Assembly (NCBI RefSeq): GCF_032191835.1
Contig: NC_083228.1
Location: 82,708,001 to 82,772,000, forward strand
Source: Heteronotia binoei
Taxonomy: Eukaryota
DNA length: 64,000 nucleotides
Reading direction: 5' to 3'
The notes under the pieces were generated by a model. That model made no database searches and was not told where the DNA came from. It saw nothing but the letters and a program-made list of their open reading frames with translations. Positions 58,400 through 64,000 of this stretch are shown piece by piece. Each line of letters starts with the position of its first letter. Positions within the stretch are counted from its first letter, which is position 1. The position numbers and the translations under genes are program-made.

Positions 58400-59020
58400 A
58401 GGATGTGTATGTACCTTAGTCCACCTTTAGTTGTTTTGAGAGCCCTCTGCTTTTATTGGTATTTTGACTGAGTATAGAATCTTCCCAGTTATTAGCTGTC
58501 ATCACAAATAGGGAGGCAGAAATTTAGTCTTCTAGTCTTCTAATTTGTCTGTATGTATGAATCTTTCTCTTTGGGGATTCCTTTTAGTGGTTCACTTACA
58601 GAATAGTTTTTCTTGTTTGATTGACCCCCATATTCGAAGGGCATTTATGTTGGCCCATTTTAATGTGCTTCCTTCTGCTGAGTTATATGGGAGGTTTAAA
58701 AAAATACCACTCTTTGATAGGCTATGCCCCCATGGCCTGAAGGAAACTGAAGGAACAGACCATGTACTTTTATCCTGTAGATTCACGTGCATCTTATCTG
58801 GATCCTATATTGCAATCCCTGGAGGGTAAATCTGGTGAAAGTGAGATAATGAGTTTGCTAGCCTCAAATAAGGCTGAAACCATCGAAGTGGTGGTAAACT
58901 TCCTTTACTGTGCTTATAGGAGGAGAAGTCTGTTTAGAATGTTTAATTAACTATCTTTTTTCCTGCTTCCTTGATTTGATACTGTTATTGTCATGCCAAT
59001 AAAGGTTCTGTGACTCTGAA
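58400..59020 (+). mobile_element. 3' end of an RTE/RTE-X-like non-LTR retrotransposon
   Basis: RRAFMLAHFNVLPSAELYGRF...RLCP...E..DHVLLSC C-terminal motif, then aataaagg and a short repeat tail. Confidence 0.55.
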
Positions 59021-60505
59021 TCTTTCTCTTACCCCACTTTGCATCCATAAAGGACTTCAAAGTGATTAATAGTCGCAATACAAATACTAAAAGTAACAAT
59101 TCAGTTATTAATACTACAGAAATAAAAATAACTTAAAACAGCATTGAAAAACAATTGAAGAGAACATGTGCCACAAAATATCAGCAACAAATAAGCAACT
59201 AAAAGCATATCCTGGAGATATTAAAGATTATGATCAAATGCATGACAAACCAAAGTGTCTTTGATCAGTCATCTTAAAGTGAGTGGGAGTGCAGGTGGAA
59301 GATGAACCTCTCAAAGACATGAACTCCAAATCTGGAAAAAGGATGAATTTTCTAACTTCAGTCTTGAAAGCTTCAAAAACATTCATGGACAGCAGTCTTG
59401 TGAGTCTGACATTGCAGAAGCTTATCCCATTAAGCTTCATGTAATTTAATATATTTAGCCCATGCCCAAAATTCATAAGTGTATTGCCGCTAATTGCAAA
59501 TATACAATTGTGCACTTCTGCATAATTTTTTTAAAAAATGATTTCTGGAAGGATGGTGATCAACCCATGCAAGCCATCCATATGGAGAGTCAGGTTGCCT
59601 AAATGGGCCATAATGGAAGGACTGTAGTTGAGGGCCAGCATGTTTAGCATGCACAAGTTCCCAACAGTGTTTGCCACCTACCGTTAAAAGGATTGTGGAT
59701 CTCTGCTTGAGGCCTTGGAGAATGCTTTTATCAGAGGTCCATTTATTTATATGACAGCTGTATTTCAGCATACAAACCCAGTGTGTATAGATGAGGGATA
59801 CACTTTGTAGTCCAGGAGCATCAGACATGATCAAACAAAATATTCTGGATGGGTTTTTATGTATGAATCCTCAAATAAAAACACACATCTATAGACTTTG
59901 AAGAAGTAACCATGAAGTGGTGGAGAACCAGGATTCCTCTTTCTCAAAAAAACATTTCATTAAAAAAAAAGTTTGGAGTTCATGTTTGCTGGAATTCCCT
60001 GTGCTAATTATGTGTTAATGTAATTTGCAAGGATTTAATTTGTAATCTCTATGGATGTAGCAAACATTCCTAGCAATGGGAATATTTTATATGTAGATCT
60101 GTTTGGCCTGACATCTTGGCTATGGGTTGGATCCCTCCTAGATCTCCATGCCTGGGGGATATGGATTTTAGCTGATTCTTCTGTTTTGCGGTTGCCCAAG
60201 TACTTCAAAATGCTGCTTCTGGAAGATGGGGGATACTGAGGAATTGATTCACGTGGAATTTAAAGGTCTCCTGCAAGAGAGAGGATTGTGGAAATTTAGG
60301 CAGGATCCAATTCTCTCTATATATTTCAAGTGAAATGTATGCAAGAATTTGCCCTCTTTGGCAGTGGTGCAGCAGCTTGAAATGCTGTGATGGTGGTGGA
60401 TTGTTTCAGTCCCAGGATAAGAATCTCCAGAACCAAAAGTCTTAGCTATTCTAAATGACATAATGAGGTCTTGGAGATAGATCCAGGTGATGTTGATCTG
60501 AAGCA

Positions 60506-60858
60506 GTAGAACAAATTTTAAGTTCAGTGGCACCTTTAAGACTGACAAAAGTTTATTCAAGGTATGATCTTTTGTGTGCACGCACTTCTTCAGACATAGA
60601 AATGGAAGCTAACGTCTTGTATGTATATAGGCAGATGCCTCTACATAGGTGAACAGCAAATTAGCATACAACTTAATGAAGATGTTTTGGCATATGCAAA
60701 GACTAATTTGCTGTATACCCGTGTAGAGGCATCTGCCTATATATGTGAAATGTTAGCTTCCATTTCTATGTGTCTGAAGAAGTGCACATGCACACAAAAG
60801 CTCTTATTGAATAAACTTTTGTTGGTTTTAAAGATGCCAACTGGACTCAAAATCTGTT
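60506..60858. mobile_element. Palindromic Penelope-derived element (inverted pLTR ends, two decayed minimal hammerheads)
   Basis: Arms 60506-~60650 and ~60718-60858 are reverse complements; each outer part reads gtCTGAAGAagtg...cacacAAAAG. Confidence 0.7.
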
Positions 60859-61326
60859 ATAATGAGGTCTTTTGTAGGAATTTCCATACTTTAAAACAGA
60901 AATCAACATCATCATTGGGGGAAAATATCTGCAGAACTTTCTGTTGACAGTGATTAGGAGTTTTAATCTAGCTCTTAATATATAGAGGGATGAAATACTG
61001 TAAAGAAGGTTTATGGGCTATTTGAGAAAATACTTGTATACAAATGAACCAGATGATAATTTCATTTTTAACAACTGAGTTACAGCATAAAGCTTGCTTT
61101 AATTTGTTTCAATCTTCAGTTACTTGGTAGTGAAGGAGAATTAATAAAATTCTGACTTGCTGTTCTCTTGCCAGCCATGATCCATCCCAATCCCCGCTGC
61201 ACTACATATGCTGCCTGCAGTTCTTTACCAGGTAACCAGAGACACACACCATCTGCCTAGTTTGCAAAACAAGTGGCTCTGCGAAAGTAGAAGCTTCTAG
61301 TAAAGAAAACAGGAAGGCTTCCAGGG

Positions 61327-61620
61327 ATGGGAGATCACAGGGCTATTAAAGCTGCCAAGGCTGGAGACTTGACTACCTTGGAACAGCTGCACATAGATGG
61401 TGCTCTGGGCCAGAACATTATTGATTGTCTAGGAGCAGGCCTGGTCCATCATGCATCACGAGCAGGCAGACTAGAGTGCCTCAAGTTCTTGGTACTGCAG
61501 GCAAAGCTTCCCGGGAATCAGAGAGCAAACAATGGTGCAACTCCTGCACATGATGCAGCAGCTGTGGGCAACTTGGCTGAATTGCAGTGGCTGATCAAAG
61601 ATGGAGGGTACAGCATGCAG
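61327..61620 (+). CDS. ESPNL: ESPNL coding exon 1
   Basis: 98 codons, CAG|gtaaga donor. Confidence 0.92.
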
Positions 61621-63260
61621 GTAAGATTGCTGACATAAATAGAATTTCCACAACTGTGCCCATGGGAAACAGAAGCTCACTTGCAGAAAAGGCCATCAGG
61701 ACTCCTAGCTTGACAAATGTGTGCTTATCCATGTGGCTGATTTTGGAGTAATCCTGTGTTGTAAACAGTGTCAGTGTCAGCGAGCTGTGCTGTCAGTTCA
61801 GGCTGCACTGTTGTCAGCACTTAGCTCTCCCTGTCTGAGAGATACTTTGATACTGAAAATTAGCAAATTGTTCCTTGTTTTGACCAAGAGGCATTGTGTG
61901 TTTGTAGCAGCAGAAGAGAGTTTGTGTGTAGAGGAGGAAGACAATGTGTATGCAAGCAGCTCTTGTGAGTGCAGTGCATTTTGAGATGGAGCATGCATTG
62001 CATGCATGACCCATAAGATCTTGTGTCATAGACAAAGGACAAATTTTGCTTTCCTCATGACACTGGCCCAGGAAGTGAATGGAAAAAACAACAACATTCA
62101 CCTGTTGGGGACAAAGAATGTCAAAGACATACATTTGGGTGTATGTAGTGGTGCTCAACTTGCTCTATGCCTCTAGTGCTCATTCATTGAGAATCAAGCC
62201 TTCCTTGTTTTCTCAGCCTCATCGTTTGTCATACTTGGGTACAATCAAATTCTGGGACAGCCTTCTGGATATAGACAGTCTTTGTCTGCAGACCATGTTG
62301 GCAACCAAAATAAAAATAACTTCCAAGCATAATACCAGAAATGATCAGATAAACTGGTGACCACATAGGATTAATGATTGGAACATTGTGATTAAAAGAG
62401 GTCTGGGTCCTCTGATCTTGTAGTTGTTTCTGTTTTGTTAGACTATAAATGACACATCATCTTCAGGAGAAGAATGTCCAATACAAACATAAGAGCATAA
62501 GGAGATACCCTGATTTAGTTGCTTTAGTTCTAGTGAGAAGCTGGCCCTCCAAAGACAATATGTTCAAGTAGGCCGGTCCCCTTTGCTTTAGAGAAGCTAG
62601 ATCAAAAACAGAAGCTGTGGTTCTTTCTGCATTGTCCCTTTTTGCCTTATTTGCTAGAAGAATTGAAATATAGCATAGTCCCCTTGCTCCAAAGGAATGC
62701 CTTACATAATCTTGGGCTATTTTCCACACAAATCACTTCAGTTTACTAAATATTAAATATATACATCAACTCCTGTTATATCTTATCATCCCACCACATC
62801 ATTGTCCTATAATCCCACCAATAACATCATATCATCCCATCACATGTAGAGAGTCATGGCACCATTGTCTGATATCCTAGCGATTACTGTTGGTGATATT
62901 TGACACTGTCCAGATGGTTGTATTCCACATGGTCATGCACTCTATTTATTGTCATGCAGAGATATCCCTGAGAAAGCGTTAAATAGTCTTTGCCTGCAGT
63001 TAGAACTCAGACAGACCCCGGTGGGAAAATATTGGCCACTTTTCCTAAACTTTGTCCTCCTTTTCCCAGGAGGAAGATGCTTCTGGGGCTTCTCCTCTCC
63101 ATTTGGCTGCTCGCTTTGGGCATTCAGAAGCCGTCAAGTGGCTAATCCAGGCAGGTTACAACACTGCATCAGAGACCCAGGAAGGAGCAATTCCAGCACA
63201 TTATGCAGCTGCAAAGGGAGATCTCACCTGCCTGAAACTGCTGGTGGCTGCAGACTGCAG
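61327..63260 (+). CDS. ESPNL: Espin-like protein, 5' part (coding exons 61327-61620 and 63070-63260; continues off the right edge)
   Basis: Ankyrin repeats (GAGLVHHASRAGRLECLKFL, GATPAHDAAAVG, GASPLHLAARFGH, GAIPAHYAAAKGDLTCLKLL); exon sizes 294 and 191 nt as in the espin family; position 3' of SCLY as in human. Confidence 0.9.
63070..63260 (+). CDS. ESPNL: ESPNL coding exon 2
   Basis: ttttcccag|GAG acceptor, CAG|gtatgc donor, 191 nt. Confidence 0.93.
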
Positions 63261-64000
63261 GTATGCTAAACCAAAGGAGAGCACATCCACAACCCACCAG
63301 AGAATGCAAGGCATGGTACCTCTCACTCTTACTTTTCACTAAGTCTGGAATGAGGCAGTGGAATCCTGAGGCATGAGTGGATGAGACCACTTTGTGTGAC
63401 AAATGGAGTATGCAATTTTTAATGTCTCCCCATATTTTGAAGAAATACACTCCTTGCAGGGAGAAAGGTCCAATTCCAGCCTGCTTGCTCTTGTATGAGC
63501 ATTTTTAAACCTATGAGAGCATTTTAAATGGGATTTCCCCATAAACAGCCTGAAGTAGAACATTCCATTCTATGATCTCATTCCCAGTTCATTCTGTTGC
63601 ACATGTAGATTGGACCATACAACCTGCCTATATACAATCCTTCAGTAAAAGTAAATCAACAATAGCAGATGCTCTATTTTCTTCCTGGGCATCTACATCC
63701 TGGGTATCCCTGTGCCTAGGATCCCATGGCAAAAGGATTGTTTGTGGTCTGGGGACAGGTAGGTATTCTTTGGCTGTGACTTTTGCACTTTTTGGTGTTA
63801 CTTAGGTGATGGAAATTGCTGCAAAGTGTACCTATTTATTTTCTGTTCACATATCCATTTTTATGTAATTGTATATCTTGATACCATTTATATGGAATAA
63901 CAATAGGAAAACTCTCCTGTGAATAGGTCCAAAGGGTTCGAAAAGCACATAGCTAAGTAGGTCAGCGGAGTGGAGTTGTCCTTGGTGTTTGGTTTCTGTG

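Overview
Vertebrate genomic DNA, most likely a gecko (Squam3C-like and Sauria SINEs). Three recognisable multi-exon genes were reconstructed by hand from splice sites and protein similarity. AIRE is on the minus strand and 3'-partial (HSR/CARD, part of SAND and PHD1 seen, 250-13222). SCLY is on the plus strand and complete (12 coding exons, 445 aa, 24746-55369). ESPNL is on the plus strand with its first two exons (61327-63260). Between AIRE and SCLY lie a CCAAT/YY1/ETS-rich CpG-island promoter (~20.0-21.5 kb) and an intact 291-aa minus-strand ORF resembling the N-terminal part of hATm-like transposases. That ORF has spliced-looking leader exons and is followed by ORF-less sequence; it is the best candidate for an undescribed domesticated gene. 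SCLY introns are heavily TE-filled. They hold a full-length L1 with both ORFs intact and a perfect 17-bp TSD nested in an L2, a near-full-length decayed CR1, a Penelope fragment with a decayed hammerhead, an L1 fragment with a 37-bp duplication of the exon-7 splice donor, and several hAT MITEs and SINEs. All calls are by eye; no database searches were run.
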